Program-made: the position numbers and the translations under genes
From: Chiloscyllium plagiosum
Taxonomy: Eukaryota
DNA: 62,000 nucleotides
Direction of reading: 5' to 3'
Assembly (NCBI RefSeq): GCF_004010195.1
Contig: NC_057751.1
Location: forward strand, 170,979-232,978
In this document: one piece after another, positions 25,282-38,419 of the stretch
How positions within the stretch are numbered: position 1 is the stretch's first letter
Layout: the number at the start of each line of letters is the position of its first letter
Notes under the pieces: generated by a model
Database searches by the model: none
What the model was told of the DNA's origin: nothing
The model's input: only the letters and a program-made list of their open reading frames with translations

Positions 25282-27398
25282 CTACATGAAATGCAACAAG
25301 ATTCAGGTTAGCCAAGTATAAATAAACTAGCACAATTTTTCAGGACAGTGGTGGGGGGCAGGAGAGGAGAAATAGGGACAAGATAGAAAGAAGGGGCACA
25401 GTGAGGGGGAGGGGTAAGAGGAAGCGAGGGTTTGGATGGGAGAGAGTACAGGCAAGGAGTGTAGAGGCGAGGGCTGGTGCCCAGCTCTTGAATGATTTTC
25501 TGCAAGAGACCCAGAAACATTCCATTCAGCATATCTCATGTATGTTTGCACTTCCAAAGAATAATCCAGTTAGTTCAAGTGCACATAGAATTTCATATGT
25601 GGGAGAACAATCTACTTTACGCGAACTGACTTTTAAAAATTTCAACTAGAAGCGTTTCAGGCATCCTTTCAGAAGTAACTTCAAAATCCTGCTGACTCAC
25701 TGTGAGACTTTATATTAGCTCAGGTCACTTCTAATTCTCTTGCTAAATGCCTGAAATGTGTCTACTCCATGTAAACATTGTATCTGTTATGCTTCGGTAT
25801 TTTTGACCGTGCAGTGAAATAGATAAAGAACTGATTCAAAGCTAACGAAGGGATTGCTGCAATTTTTAAAAGCAAACTACTAGCACTTTAAGTGCTGTTT
25901 GCACTCTTCTTTCTTCAAGCAGTGGGGGCAGTTGCTGCATTTCATTTCCAGGTTGACAGATAGAGTCATTGAGTCGATAGGAGGGGGACAGGCCCTTTGA
26001 ACCAAACTAGTCCATGCTGACCAAAAAGTCTACTTACGCGAACAGCATTTACTTACACTTGGTCCATATCCTTCTAAACTTTTCCTTTCCATGTACTTGA
26101 CCAAATTCCTATTAAATGTTATTCATGTACCCGCCTCAACAACTTCTGCTGGCAGCTCATTCCAAAAGCATACCACCCTCTGTGTAAAAAAAGTTTCCCC
26201 TCAGGTTTCCTTTTATTCTTTTCCCCCGCTCTAACCTCAAACTGATGCCCTCTTGTTCTCGATTCCCCAACCCTGGGAAAAAGACTGAGTGCATTCACCC
26301 TGCCCATGCCTCTTATGATCTTATACACTTCAAAATGATCTTCTGTCGGTCTCCTACGCTCGAAAGAAAAAAGTCCTAACTTGTCCAGTCTCTCCGGATA
26401 ACCACTGAGAACTGGCAACATCCTTGTAAATTTTTGCTGCACTCTTTCCAGTTTAGTATCAAGCTTTCGACAGCAAGGTAACCAAAACTGAACACAATAC
26501 TACAATGCGGCCTGAGCAACATCCTGTACAACTGCAACATAACTTCCCAACTTCGTTACTCAATGCCCTGACTGATGAAGGCCGGAGTGCCAAAAGCCTT
26601 CTTAACCGCCCTATCTGTGACTCCACTTTCACAGAATCGTGCACCTGAACTCCAAGGTCCCTCTGTTCCACTACACTTCTGAAGGGCCCATCATTTGCCA
26701 TGAAACACTGACCTTGATTTTACTTTCCACAATGGAAGACCTTGCACTTATCCAAATTAAACTCAGTTTACCATTTCTCAGGCCACCTTCCCAGCTGATC
26801 AAGGTCATAGTACATGGAACATTACAGCACACCTTAGGCCCTTCTGCTCTCGATGTTGCGTCGACCTGTGGAACTAATCTGAAGCCCATCTAACTTACAC
26901 TATTCCATTATCATCCATATGTTTATCCAATGACCATTTAAATGCCCTTAAAGTTGACGAATCTACTACTGTTGCAGGCAGGCCGTTCCATGCCCTTACT
27001 ACGAGTAAAGAAACTACCTCTGACATCCATCCTATATCTATCACCCCTCAACTTAAAGCTGTGTCCCCACGTGCTTGCTATCACCATCCAAGGAAAAAGG
27101 CTCTCACTGTCCACCCTATCTAACCCTCTGATCCTCTGGTATGTCTCAATTAAGTGCCCTCTTAACCTTCTTCTTTCTGACAAAAGCAGCCTCAAGTCCC
27201 TCAGCATTTCCTCATAAGGCCATCCCTTCATACCAGGAAATATCCTAGTAAATCTCCTCTGAAACCTTTCCACATCCTTCCTATAATACGGTGACCAGAA
27301 CTGTACGCTATACTCCAAGTGCAGCTGCACCCCCCAGTTTTGTACAGCTGCAACATGACCTCATGGCTCCAAAACTCAATCCCACTACCGATAATGGT

Positions 27399-27720
27399 CT
27401 TAGATTAGATTAGATTACATTACAGTGTGGAAACAGGCCCTTCGGCCCACCAAGTCCACACCGACCCGCCGAAGCGAAACCCACCCATACCCCTATATTT
27501 ACCCCTTACCTAACACTACAGGCAATTTAGCATGGCCAATTCACCTGACCCTGCACATCTTTTGGACTGTGGGAGGAAACCGGAGCACCCGGAGGAAACC
27601 CACGCAGACACGGGGAGAACGTGCAAACTCCACACAGTCAGTCGCCTGAGGCGGGAATTGAACCCGGGTCTCAGGCGCTGTGAGGCAGCAGTGCTAACCA
27701 CTGTGCCACCGTGCCGCCCA
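27399..27720 (-). mobile_element. Young HE1-like V-SINE
   Basis: CpG-rich head gggcggcacggtggcacagtggttagcactgctgcctcacagcgcc, B-box gggttcaattccc, (tagat)n tail. Confidence 0.92.
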
Positions 27721-29154
27721 CTGCAATTTCTGATAATCTTCCTCACTGTCCATGATTCTGCCTATTTTAGTGCCTTCTGCAAATTTACTCATTATGCTTT
27801 GCACATCCTCACCCAAATCATTGGCATAGATAACAAACAGTAATGGACCCAGCACCAACCCCAGAGGTATTCCACAAGTCAACAGACCTCCAGTCCGACA
27901 AGCATCCTTCCACTATTGCTCTCTGCTTCCTACCATCAAGCCAATTTGCCAGCTCTCCCTGGATTCCATGCGATTTGACCTTCCAGAGCAGCCTATCACG
28001 TGAAACTTTCCAAAGGCCGTACTGAAATCCAGAAAGATGACATCTACTGCCTTGCCCTCAACAACCTTCCGCGTCACTTCATCAAAGAACTCCAACAAAT
28101 TTGTGCGGCATGATCTCCCATGAACAAAACCATGCTAATTGCTTCTCAACAAACCCCATCTTTTCAATGCATGTATACTCTCTCAGAATCTTTTCAAATA
28201 ACTTACCCACCACAAATGCTAGGCTTACTGATTAATAGCTCCCAGATTTTTCTTTGCAGTTTTTCTTGAATAAGGGCACAACGTTCGCTACCTTCCAGTC
28301 TTCCGGGACCTCACCTGAGCCTAACGATGATTCAGAAATGAATCAGCCAGGGCCCCGCAATTTCTTCTCTCGTCTCTGGCAGTGTTCTTGGATATATCTG
28401 GTCAGGACCAGGAGATTTATCCACCTGCGTACATTCTAACAGACCCGACATCTCCTCTAATGTGATATGGTCTGTCTCCAAGCTATGACCACTAACTTCC
28501 GAAGTCTTCATGTCTTTCTCCACGGTAAACACAGGAGAAATAATCATCGAGAACCTCACCCATCTCCTGTGGTTTTACACATACATGTTCACTTTGGTCC
28601 TTAAGGAGCCCTATTTTCTCTCTCTTTCTCGTCATTCTTTTTCCTTAAATAAGCTCTTTGGATTCACCTAATCTTTTCAGTCAAGGCTGTTTCGTGCCCC
28701 CTTTTCGCCCTCCTGATTTCTTTTTTCAGTAAGCTCTTGTATATCTATTTACCTCCAGCTGCCTATACCTGAGCCATGTCTCCTCTTTTTTTCTGGTCAA
28801 AGCCTTAATATCTCTTGTCATCCAGGGTTCCCTATTCCTGTCAATCTGGCCTCTCACCCTCATACAGACCTTGAACTCTAGCTATCTCACTCTTAAAGGC
28901 CTCCCACTTGCCGGAGACCCTTGATCTGCCAATAACCACTCCAATCAACCCCTCCAAGCTCCTGTCTAATTCTATCAAAATTCACCTTGCCCCAGTTTAG
29001 AACCTGAGGGCTAGTTTTGTCCCCCTCTATAACTATTTTAACATCAATACAACTATGGTCATAGTTCCCAAAATACTCCCTCACTGACACCTCCATCACC
29101 TGTCCTGCCAAGAGTAGGTTGAGTTTTGCCCGTTCCTGAGGAGGACCCTCGCTA

Positions 29155-29467
29155 GGGGTGGCACAGTGGCTCAGTGGTTAGCACTGCTGCCTCACAGCAC
29201 CAGGGTCTCAGGTTCGATTCCAGCCTCGGGTGACTGTCTGTGTGGAGTTTGCACATTCTCCCCATGTCTGTGTGGGTTTCTTCTGGGTGCTCCGGTTTTC
29301 TCCCACAGTCCAAAGATGTGCAGGTCAGGTGAATTGGTCATGCTAAACTGCCCATAGTGTTAGGTGCATTAGTCAGAGGGAAATGGGTCTGGGTGGGTTA
29401 CTCTTCAGAAGGTTGGTGTAGACTGATTGGGCCGAAGGGCCTGTTTCCACACTATAGGGAATCTAAT
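29155..29467 (+). mobile_element. HE1-like V-SINE
   Basis: gtggctcagtggttagcactgctgcc...ggttcgattcca...V-domain...gggccgaagggcctgtttccacact. Confidence 0.9.
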
Positions 29468-29689
29468 GTGATCATCACACTGCCTGAGGAAACTTTCTTA
29501 AATGCACTCAACAAAGTCTACCTCATCTAAGCCCTTAAAGCCACGGCACTCCAGTCGATATTAGAAAAATAAAAATCCCCTATGACAACTCTATTCCTCC
29601 TTCAAGTGTACCCAGTCTCCCTGCATATTTGTTCCTCTAATTTCCATTGACTATTTGGGGGTCTATGGTGAAACCCCAATAATGTCACC

Positions 29690-30266
29690 TGTGACCGTGC
29701 TGCCCCTTTAACAAGGTCATGTTGCCCTTGGTTTTTTTTCAGGAGGGGTCATAAAGGCGGAGGTTCCGATATGTCTGGAAATATCTACTTGAGCAAGCTT
29801 TTAAGTCTTTCTATGAAAACATTTGTACAATGAAAGGGGAATGACCAAATTCTCCCAGTTCAGGATGTGATTTGGTTTGGTGATAGCAAGCAGTCTGTTT
29901 GAAGCTGCTGGTCAAGTTTGAGCTGGGGAGAAAAGTTCCCAGATTCAACAGAGGTTTGGTTTTACCATTTTATTACTAAGCGGGAGTTTAAGTGGATCTT
30001 GCAAATATTTGGAACAGCGTCATTAAGTTGCCATAGAGTCGACTGGGGTTTTACTTAGATTAAGTTATTCTAAATTCGGTTCTCTTTGGTTCACGATTCA
30101 TTCAGTAGTCTGTAAACACAATTTGATTTAAACAAACTGAGTGCTTGGGTCAGCTGTATCACTCCTGGAACATCCACTCTACACACCTGCTTAAAACAAC
30201 TTGAAAAGTTAGGGTCTGGGCTGCCGTCTTGCAATATTTTGAGGGGATCTGGGTTGGTCCAAAAAA
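29690..30266. mobile_element. Putative solo LTR
   Basis: Begins TGT, flanked by cacc/cacc (29686-89, 30267-70), cleanly interrupts CR1 sequence; terminal CA is degenerate. Confidence 0.5.
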
Positions 30267-30731
30267 CACCATCCTTTTCTTATTTCTTAGCTCCACCTAC
30301 AAAGCATCAGTGGATGATTCTTCAGTTATTTCATTTCTGATCACTGCTGTGATACTAGCCTTAAAAAACACAACTTCCCCATTTCTCTTTCCACCACTTC
30401 TGCTTACCTGCAGTTGGAATCTATTTATTTGCAATAAGCAATAATTATTGCGTACACGAAGCTGATCTGTGTTTTGTTAAGCAGGGTTGAAAGAGTGTTT
30501 TAAAAAGCTTCAGCACAGCCCCTAACTTTGTGCTGTACCTCCATTAATAATGCCTGTACTCCAACAAATGCCATGTGGACTACCCAGTCATGTTCGAAGA
30601 TTTGTGCATTCAGGTGGTGTTCATTTCTTTTTATACTTTTCTTGTTCAAGATTGAATACGCTTTTAAATTGAGAACCATGTGCAAATTTCAAATTTGTGT
30701 CCCATACATACAACCTCGTCAATATTCTCAC

Positions 30732-30932
30732 CTCCTTCTGCTCCTCCGCAGGTGAACTTTCTTCTTCCGTAGCTTCCACTGCTGCCTCTTTCTGTTCTGC
30801 AGTTTCATCCTTTTCAATCTCTTCCTTTGCTGCCTCCTCCTCCAGCTCTTTTTCCAGACGGCTCACAAGTTGAGCCTTTGTTCCCTTGGAATTCAGATTC
30901 CTTGCTTTCAGCTCTCGACGGAAATCTTCCAC
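30732..30932 (-). CDS. CCAR2: Coding exon 13, SAP domain plus acidic coil (VEDFRRELKARNLNSKGTKAQLVSRLEKEL...)
   Basis: ttttag| ... GAG|gtgaga; SAP consensus V.dLr.eL..RgL...G.K.qLv.RL. Confidence 0.93.
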
Positions 30933-31679
30933 CTAAAATTTTGAGAAAAATTGTCAGCGCCTGATTGATGTTTGAATCCAGGAAAGCATTCTGCTGCTCA
31001 TGCACTGATACCCATACAAGTTTCATCTCATACACAGCAAGTAACTTTACTTTGGAAACCTCCACAGAGGAGACAGAAAGTAAGGAACCTGTAGAGGTCG
31101 ACACACTCAATGCATCTGACAAGGTGTCACCACAGAAGTTATTTCTCAAAGTAGCAGCTCACAGTGTTGGGTGGAACATGGATCAGGGATGGGTTAGCTA
31201 ACAGCAATCAATCAGTCAGGAGGCATAAGTGGATGATTTTCAGGTTGGCAGTATGTAACAAATGGAATGCCAAATGATCACAGCTGTGGCCTCAAAGCAA
31301 CACCCATTACTTTCCAATGAAGAGACCAGATGTACAGTTTCTAATGGAACAAAGACAGTTGGAAAAGGAAGTTAGAAAGAGGATACAAGAAGTCTACAAA
31401 GGGATATAAATATGGTAAATGAATGAGTAGTAATTTGGCAGATGAAATATATTGTGACAAAATGTCAACCTGTCCATTGTGGCAGAAAGCAAGCATTTCA
31501 TTTAAAGTGAGTAGAAGGGGATCAAATAGCTTGGGAAACAAATCAGTTAGTTACGCAGGTCCAGCAAGTAGGGAGGTGTATTGCAAGGGAATTAGCATTT
31601 ATAGTGATCATTTGCTAGTTATACTAGATCTTAATGAACCCATGATACTCAGTTTAGACAAGATTGACTTGACTGATTT

Positions 31680-32330
31680 TTTTCATTTGTGGAAATTAGG
31701 CACTGCTGGATAGGCCAGCAATTATTGTCCCAGTTGGCCTTGAGAAGGTGATGGTGAGCTACTTCTGAATCACCCTGATGCCATAAAATAGGGAGGTCCA
31801 GGTTTTTGAGTCAGTGACAGTGAACAAATAGCCAAATATTTCCAAATCAGGATGGTGAGTAGCTTGGAAGGGAACTTGCAGGTGGTGGTGTTCCAATGTG
31901 CCTGTTGCCCTTGGCTTTCTGGATGGAAGAGATTGTGGGTTTGACAGGTGCTATCTCTGGAAACTTGATAAATTTCTGCAGTGCAACTTGTTGATGCTAA
32001 ACATTGCAGCTATTGATCATTGGTGGCGGAAGGAGTGGATTTGGAAGGTGGTGGATGAGGTGCCAAGCAAGGGGCTGATTCAACTGAATGCTGTTAATCT
32101 CAGTGTGTTGTTGCTAAAGCAGTGCTTATCCAGACAAGTAAAGTGTTCCATCACATTCCTGATGTTTGCCTTGCACTTGGCAGACTGACACTGGAGAAAT
32201 CAGGAAGTGAGCTCTTCACTGGCTCTACTTGCATTTGTAGCCACAGTACTTGCACAGTTCAGTTCTAAACTGGTCCAGTTGAGTTTCTGGTCTACGGTAA
32301 TACCCACAATATTAACATCAATAATATTAA
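31680..32330 (-). mobile_element. Old LINE 3' fragment sharing its tail with the Deu-SINEs
   Basis: Peptide remnant IVGITVDQKLNWTS; tail resembles the reverse complement of 41255-41319. Confidence 0.6.
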
Positions 32331-33414
32331 AAGATGACCACACTGAGGTGTTCAAAATTATGTACAATTTTAACAGGGTCAAGAAGGACATTGCTTCCAC
32401 AAGTTGGTATGTCAGTGACGAGAAGGGGGGGGTCACAATTTCAAGACTGTCAGCAAGAGATTAGGCATGAGATGAGGTGAAAACTCCTAACTCGTGAGTT
32501 GTTTGGACTTGGAATGTGCTTGCTTAGGAGTGTGGAAGTGGATTCCATAGGAGTTTGATAAAAGAGCAATATATATATTTCAAAGTGATGAATTTACAGG
32601 TCTACAGAGATAGTGCTAGACGATGGGACAAGCCAGGAAACTCTTGGGGGAGCCGGTACAGACATGATGGGTCAAATGAATTCATCCTGTACTGTAACAT
32701 TCTAGCATTCCACGATGCCAATGTCATTGAATGTCACGGAGAAATGATTGGATTCTCTCTTGTTGGGAGGCCGGCACTTCCTTGCCTTCATGTAGCGCTA
32801 ATGTCACTTATCCAGGTCCTGTAGCCAACAGACCCACCAAATGTGGGTCAAACATTTCACAGGTTGCTGAAGATGAAGAAACATTGGACAGGTTGGGCTG
32901 TGTTGGTTTAGTGATTACCAGAATGAGAGGTGGTCATACTGAAATATGCAAGGACTGAATGGACTTGACAACAGTGGATGCCCAGAGGACGCTTTCTCTT
33001 TTGGGCAAGACTAAGACAAAGAGGAACCGTTATGAGTGAGGGGACTTCCATTTAAAATTGAGATAAGGAGTGCTTCGAAAGCTTGTACTTCCAAGTAAAC
33101 CTGTTGGACTATAACCAAGTGTTGTGCGATTTTTAACTTTGCGTTCATGGTAGTGGATTGAAGCTCGAATCCACAGCTTCCTGACTTGAGAGTTCTTCGC
33201 AATTAGCGGTGACATACGTTGAAACTGAACATTGTGTGTAGTATGCCATCAATGCCATGAAAGACAGAGTTTCAGGGTTAGGACGTAAAGACAGGATTGA
33301 ACAAATCAAAAGGGATTTGAAGCAAATCCAGAACAAAAAATGATGACAGCATTATGAAGTGGCACGTGCAGAGAGGAGTGTGACAGAGGGTTGTGATACA
33401 GAAGCACATCTCAC

Positions 33415-33498
33415 TTTCATCGTCTTCAGGTCCAAACTGCTCCACTGGGTTGGAGTGGGAAGGGAGTCTTCTCCCTGTTCTTCCATCTTCTCTTCAGG
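33415..33498 (-). CDS. CCAR2: Coding exon 12 (PEEKMEEQGEDSLPTPTQWSSLDLKTMK), SAP lead-in
   Basis: ctcctcag| ... AAA|gtgaga; resembles CCAR1 TPTHWSKLDPKTMK; phase 0 to 0. Confidence 0.9.
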
Positions 33499-34524
33499 CT
33501 GAGGAGAGAAACATGCCTTACATTACTCCGAGCAGCCAACAATATTGACTAAGTTCCTTCTTTTATCAAATATCACAGACTAGATTGTCATTGCACCAAC
33601 CAGCCACATACAAGACTTGGACATGTCCCTGTACTGTGCACGGTCTGGAACAGCCATCACCTGGAACGTGAGATCGTCTGCATAATCATCCTAAACAAGG
33701 AGATCTACTCCCTAGTGAAGAGGCCCATTACAGAAATGGAAGGGAAGATTCATAACTTGAAGTGCTCACACAAACACAAACGCATGCACACATAAGAATG
33801 AAACTCCATGTCTTTATCCAATCAATAAAGCAGCCTGCTTCTCACATTTTCCTCCCCTTCTGCCCTACCCTGTAGTTGTGCACATCAGGGAACCAAGCCC
33901 TCTTTGTGCAATTATGCTTCACAACTTTGCTCTTCAGAGTGAAGGAATGAGACATATTTCTAACAGCTGAAAGTAATGTCAAACATTTCTCAGACAGCTA
34001 CAGCACAGGGTTAGATACAGGGTAAAGCTCTCCATGCACTGTCCCCAAACAGACCCAGGACAGATCTGCAGTTATCAGGGTGTTCATTTCCCCATCCCTG
34101 CTCTGGCTTCCAACTCCTCCATTGCTTCCCAGATGTAGATGCGCTCCCAGAGCACTAATTGGCTGGGACATGGAACACAGATAATAACAAAGGAGGACAC
34201 ATTTGAACTGCATCACTGAAATCTTTCTGCGCATGGGGCAGAGAAGATGTTGCTATCTGCTCGCAGCACTGAGACAGTCAGGGAGAACTTTGACTGTTAG
34301 AAATTTTAGGTCATATGGTCCAAACAGCATCCAGCAGCTCTAGTAGTTACAGCCATATCGGCATGATGCTAGATTACTACACAGTGCATTTCAACAATGC
34401 GCATCCACAGCTTTGTCACTTGACAAACATCTATCACCATTTGATCTCATGTAGAGCAAATCCTAACTTCAGGCTGAGGTGTAGGCCTCACCCAACTACA
34501 GCCTGAGTTGAACATGCTAATTGT

Positions 34525-34775
34525 GTAACAGTGGGATACAGTAGTGGTTGTAACAGGTCTGTCACGACATAACCCTGGGGTATAGTGCTGGTGGGGACAA
34601 GGCTGTATAACATTAGAATATAGTACTGGTGGGGACAGGTCTATCACTGTATGACACTGGGTTACAGTACTGATGGGAGATGTTGGTCACTGTATAGCTC
34701 TGGGTCGATATACAAGTGGGCTGTCTCTGCTGATCATTGTGATACGGTACTGATGGGGCAGTCTTTTGCTGTTAT
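34525..34775. repeat. Degenerate tandem repeat, about 45-bp unit, about 5 copies
   Basis: Recurring ctgtataacactgggntacagtactggtggggacaggtctgtca-like unit. Confidence 0.65.
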
Positions 34776-36497
34776 GAATACTGTACCAACAATTGCTATG
34801 CCACAACTGAATTTGCCAACAGATGGCCCCACACATTCATTATTACTTTTCCTCTGGCTGCTAAGCTCAGAGCCAGTGTTCAAATTTTGGGTGAATGAAC
34901 TTCCTTCATCTGCCAACATGCCATTTTCTCATCACTGCAGAACTCTTGTTGTCAGGTCATATTTTAATAATGTATCGAATCCCTAGTCCACGGGATGTTC
35001 GTCTATAGTTTCTGTGAACGCTACAACAGGACAAGCTTACTTGTTCCCAACTCACTACTTGCTCTACCAGTATAAAGCTCTGTTTTGAATGGACACCAGC
35101 CTGGGAGCAGGATTCTTTTGGAAAAACTGAGTAACAGTCTTTGGAGTGTTGGTTCGTCGAATGAGATGGAAATTACACTGCAAGTGTTGGACTGAAAATC
35201 CAATGTGGAAATGGGCCACACACACACAGAGAGCAGTTGCTCCTTACATGGATGGAAGATTGGGAGCTGAAAGGATAGAGCCCGTCAGGGGAAGGAACAA
35301 TAAATTGTCTGGAAAACTGCATCATAAACAGTGTTAAAGAAAGTGTTGAGGATGTCACAGATATAGGTTTGTATGTGCGCGCGTGTGTGTGGCAAAGGTG
35401 TGGTGTTTGGTGTGTATTTGTGCGTGCGTATGTTCTGCACACATGCCACCTCACATTTCCTTAAACAGAGCTTTTTGGAAGTTGAAATGTTTGTTCTCTA
35501 GTCTTCAGGCAGAAATACACAGTCTGGTATTCAGATTAGACAATATGTAGTCACGGCTCTAAGACAGTGAGTAAATGTTGATCTTGCCTTCTCTAATTAA
35601 AACAGTTCTGAGGAATAGTCATTCAATCTGAAACATTAGCTCTGATTTCTCTCCAAAGATGCTGCCAGAACTGCTGAGCTTTTCTAGCAACTTCTGTTTT
35701 TGTTGCTGACTTTCAGTATCTGCAGTTCTTTTGGCTTTTATTTACATTCTCTGTGCAGATTTGCTATTACCCCACTGTGCACCAACAGTACACTGGACAG
35801 ATATAATATACCTCAGTCCGTGTCACATCATGGCAGAAGACAAGCAAATCATCTACGTCCTCTTAAGTTGTGAGGAACCAGAGATTGACCCTCACCCAAT
35901 TTCCCTGGGGAAACACAGACTGAACCATGTTCAATCCAACTGCACTGCCACATCCTGAGAGCTGAATGAAGGTGCTGAGTATAACTGTAATCCTTAAATT
36001 CAGTTTCAGCTCCTTCCAGAAACAGTGACAAATTGTGTTAGCATTGAGCATTACTGGGAGTTCCCTTTACGTTTCCTTCACGACATAAGAGTCATAGATT
36101 GACGAAGTACAAACGTCAACCTTGTCCTGGAATCTAACTCCAGGAAGGAGGGTTTAAATCATCCTTCAGGTGGTGTTCTGTGCAAATTACAATGCTAGCT
36201 GTTACCCTGACTCTGTTTAAGGAATTGAGACATGGACAGTTGCTGTGTTTGAGAATGACACCCCCCTCCACATTCACACAGAGTGCCGAGAGGAGCTACA
36301 ATAATTTTCCGCTCCATCATCTGAAAATTTCAGGGACAAAATCTTTTAAGGACGTCAAATGGTCACGTCATCTGAGTGCTACTGGTCATCCCTGCTATGG
36401 TAGTGGAGGGGTACCACTGTGCACGTGTGTGTATGAATGGGAATGTTTGTGTCAGTGTTTGTGTAAGAGAATGGAGTAATAAAAAAAGATTAAATGC

Positions 36498-36708
36498 CTC
36501 ATCTCGGTCCGTGTCCTTGTGCTCTGCCTGGTCCCTGTCAGTCAGCTGTTGCGTGTATCCCAGGGACAGTGCGTCCCACTCCAAGCGAGTAGGGAGGCAA
36601 TGCCAAACATCCGGCAGAAATACAACCACAGTCTCCACGCGGGCTGGGAGCAGCCGCCCTTCACGGAGCTCTCCAGGCTGATGGTAGCGAAGCTCAGCAA
36701 AGCGAAAC
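36498..36708 (-). CDS. CCAR2: Coding exon 11, DBC1 domain (WFRFAELRYHQP...VETVVVFLPDVWHCLPTRLEWDAL...DRDE)
   Basis: gacag| acceptor is clear; the 3' end is inferred at GAG|gcattt (GC donor) from phase and homology. Confidence 0.85.
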
Positions 36709-37112
36709 CTGTCACAAGGGAAGAATGTTACTGGATATAGCAGCACACACGACCAGAAATCCAATGCTCACAGTCGACTGTCCCACATCATCTCCCCAGC
36801 TTTCAATTTCACCCCCTTTTCCCAGAAATGTTCACTTCCTGCTGCACTCTTCAGCAGCTGCAGACAGACTCAGCTCAAGAGTTACTAGACAGTTCAAGAG
36901 ATAGTGAGCACAAGTGGGACCACTGACTTCAGAGTTGGGCAACAGCTACTTGATGAGAATCTGAGGACTTGATTTAGTTGCACCCGGGCTAATCCTTGTC
37001 CATTCTCAACAGACTGGGAACTCTGGCTCCCACCTGCACAGAACACAGACGTGAACATGAGTGAACACCATCCACCTCTCTAACACACTCTGGGTTAGGG
37101 ATTGCGGTCAGC

Positions 37113-37116
<4 letters not shown>

Positions 37117-37167
<51 letters not shown>

Positions 37168-37330
37168 CGGAGAGAGAGAGAGAAAACGGATAGAGAGAGA
37201 AGACGGGGAGGGATGCCAGGGGAGAAGGAGAGGTGGGGAGGGAGAGGAGGGAAGACTGGGAAGGGAGAAGACAGTGAAGGCGGGGAAGGGAGCGGGGACG
37301 GAGGCAGGGGAGGGAGAAGGGAAGAGAACA
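37117..37330. repeat. (GA)n microsatellite and purine-rich low complexity
   Basis: Pure GA run about 37117-37163 followed by GA/GGA-rich sequence. Confidence 0.95.
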
Positions 37331-38419
37331 TGGAGATTGAGAAAAAACATGGGACAGAGGGGTAGAGAATGCTTGAAGAAAACTAAAATCAAGCAAAAGT
37401 GATGTAGACAGTGCAAATACACAAGAGAGAACGGAAGAGTGGGAAAATAAGAGACGGTGAGAAACAAAAAAAATGAACAAGCCAGTGAATGAGACAAAGA
37501 AAAACAGGGATGGTGTGTGAAATAGAGAGAGAGAACAAGACAGCCCATGCCATTTTCACCTGCTGACCTGAACCATCTTGCACTGCTGGGCAAATCCAGC
37601 AGGGCCATCAAGTGAAGCAACATGTTCTCCTTGTCAGAGCTCCTTTCAGTTCTGGATTTACAAACACGCAACTGAGACTCTAAGTAGGTTGGATATTTTG
37701 AACATAACAGAAACAAACTGGGCTTTTCTTTTGAAGAACGTTTGGGATTTCTTCAGCATTAAACAATTTTTTATCATTCAGAATATTGACAGAGGCTGTT
37801 CAAACAAAGGTCACAGCAGCAAATGACCAGAGGTAAGGGGTCAGCCTCCTGGCTGCTTACAGCAGAAACATCATACATCAGGTGACAGGACATCAGTACA
37901 ATTTCATAGCCCACTGCAAGGATGGCCTTGTGTTCTTCTAAACCAAAAAACATGAAATTCTATTTGATGCCTGTTCGGGTAATGGCTCTGAAGAACTATC
38001 ATCACAGCTGCCCAGTCTCTCACTCAGTTGCTCATGCTTTAGTTGATGCTTTTATCTGACTTTACTCTAAGACATGGCCCCTCTGTGGTGTGCATGTGTT
38101 ACCCTACAGGACACATCTCTCCTTGATTCTGTGCCATATCATGAGCAGACTCTGCATCTTTCCTGTTAGCTGCACACTTGAATGTGGTGTTGAACTGATG
38201 GGTGAAGCTGGTTCATTCACCAAGCCCTGCAATGCCCCAGCGCTGAATGACTGAGTGCACAGCTGAACTAGTTTTCCTCCTGCGATTCAAGATGATGGAC
38301 GGCGTTCATTTCAATGAAATTCCTCTCACACTCATCAGGGTGACCTCACCATTACATAAAGCAACATGCAGCTATGCCCACCATGCTCCCCACCCTGCTA
38401 TGCTTGGATGCAAACTCAC

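Larger units (their letters stand above)
25960..30400 (-). mobile_element. Old CR1 LINE carrying nested insertions (younger CR1 3' end about 26806-27395, two SINEs, LTR-like insert)
   Basis: RT and endonuclease remnants in ORFs 26119-26442, 26938-27330, 27913-28098, 28332-28559, 28893-29111. Confidence 0.88.

Noticed and set aside
27640..27720. tRNA gene
   Set aside because: The A/B boxes belong to the tRNA-derived head of a SINE; no complete cloverleaf.
33143..33340. CpG-containing stretch as an extra exon or RNA gene
   Set aside because: It would split the SAP motif between exons 12 and 13; no convincing donor or RNA structure seen.
36989..37716. Long ER/SL-repeat ORFs resembling the CCAR1 RE-rich region
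   Set aside because: Produced by a (GA)n microsatellite; the RE reading is on the strand opposite the gene, and exons 10 and 11 already join in frame.
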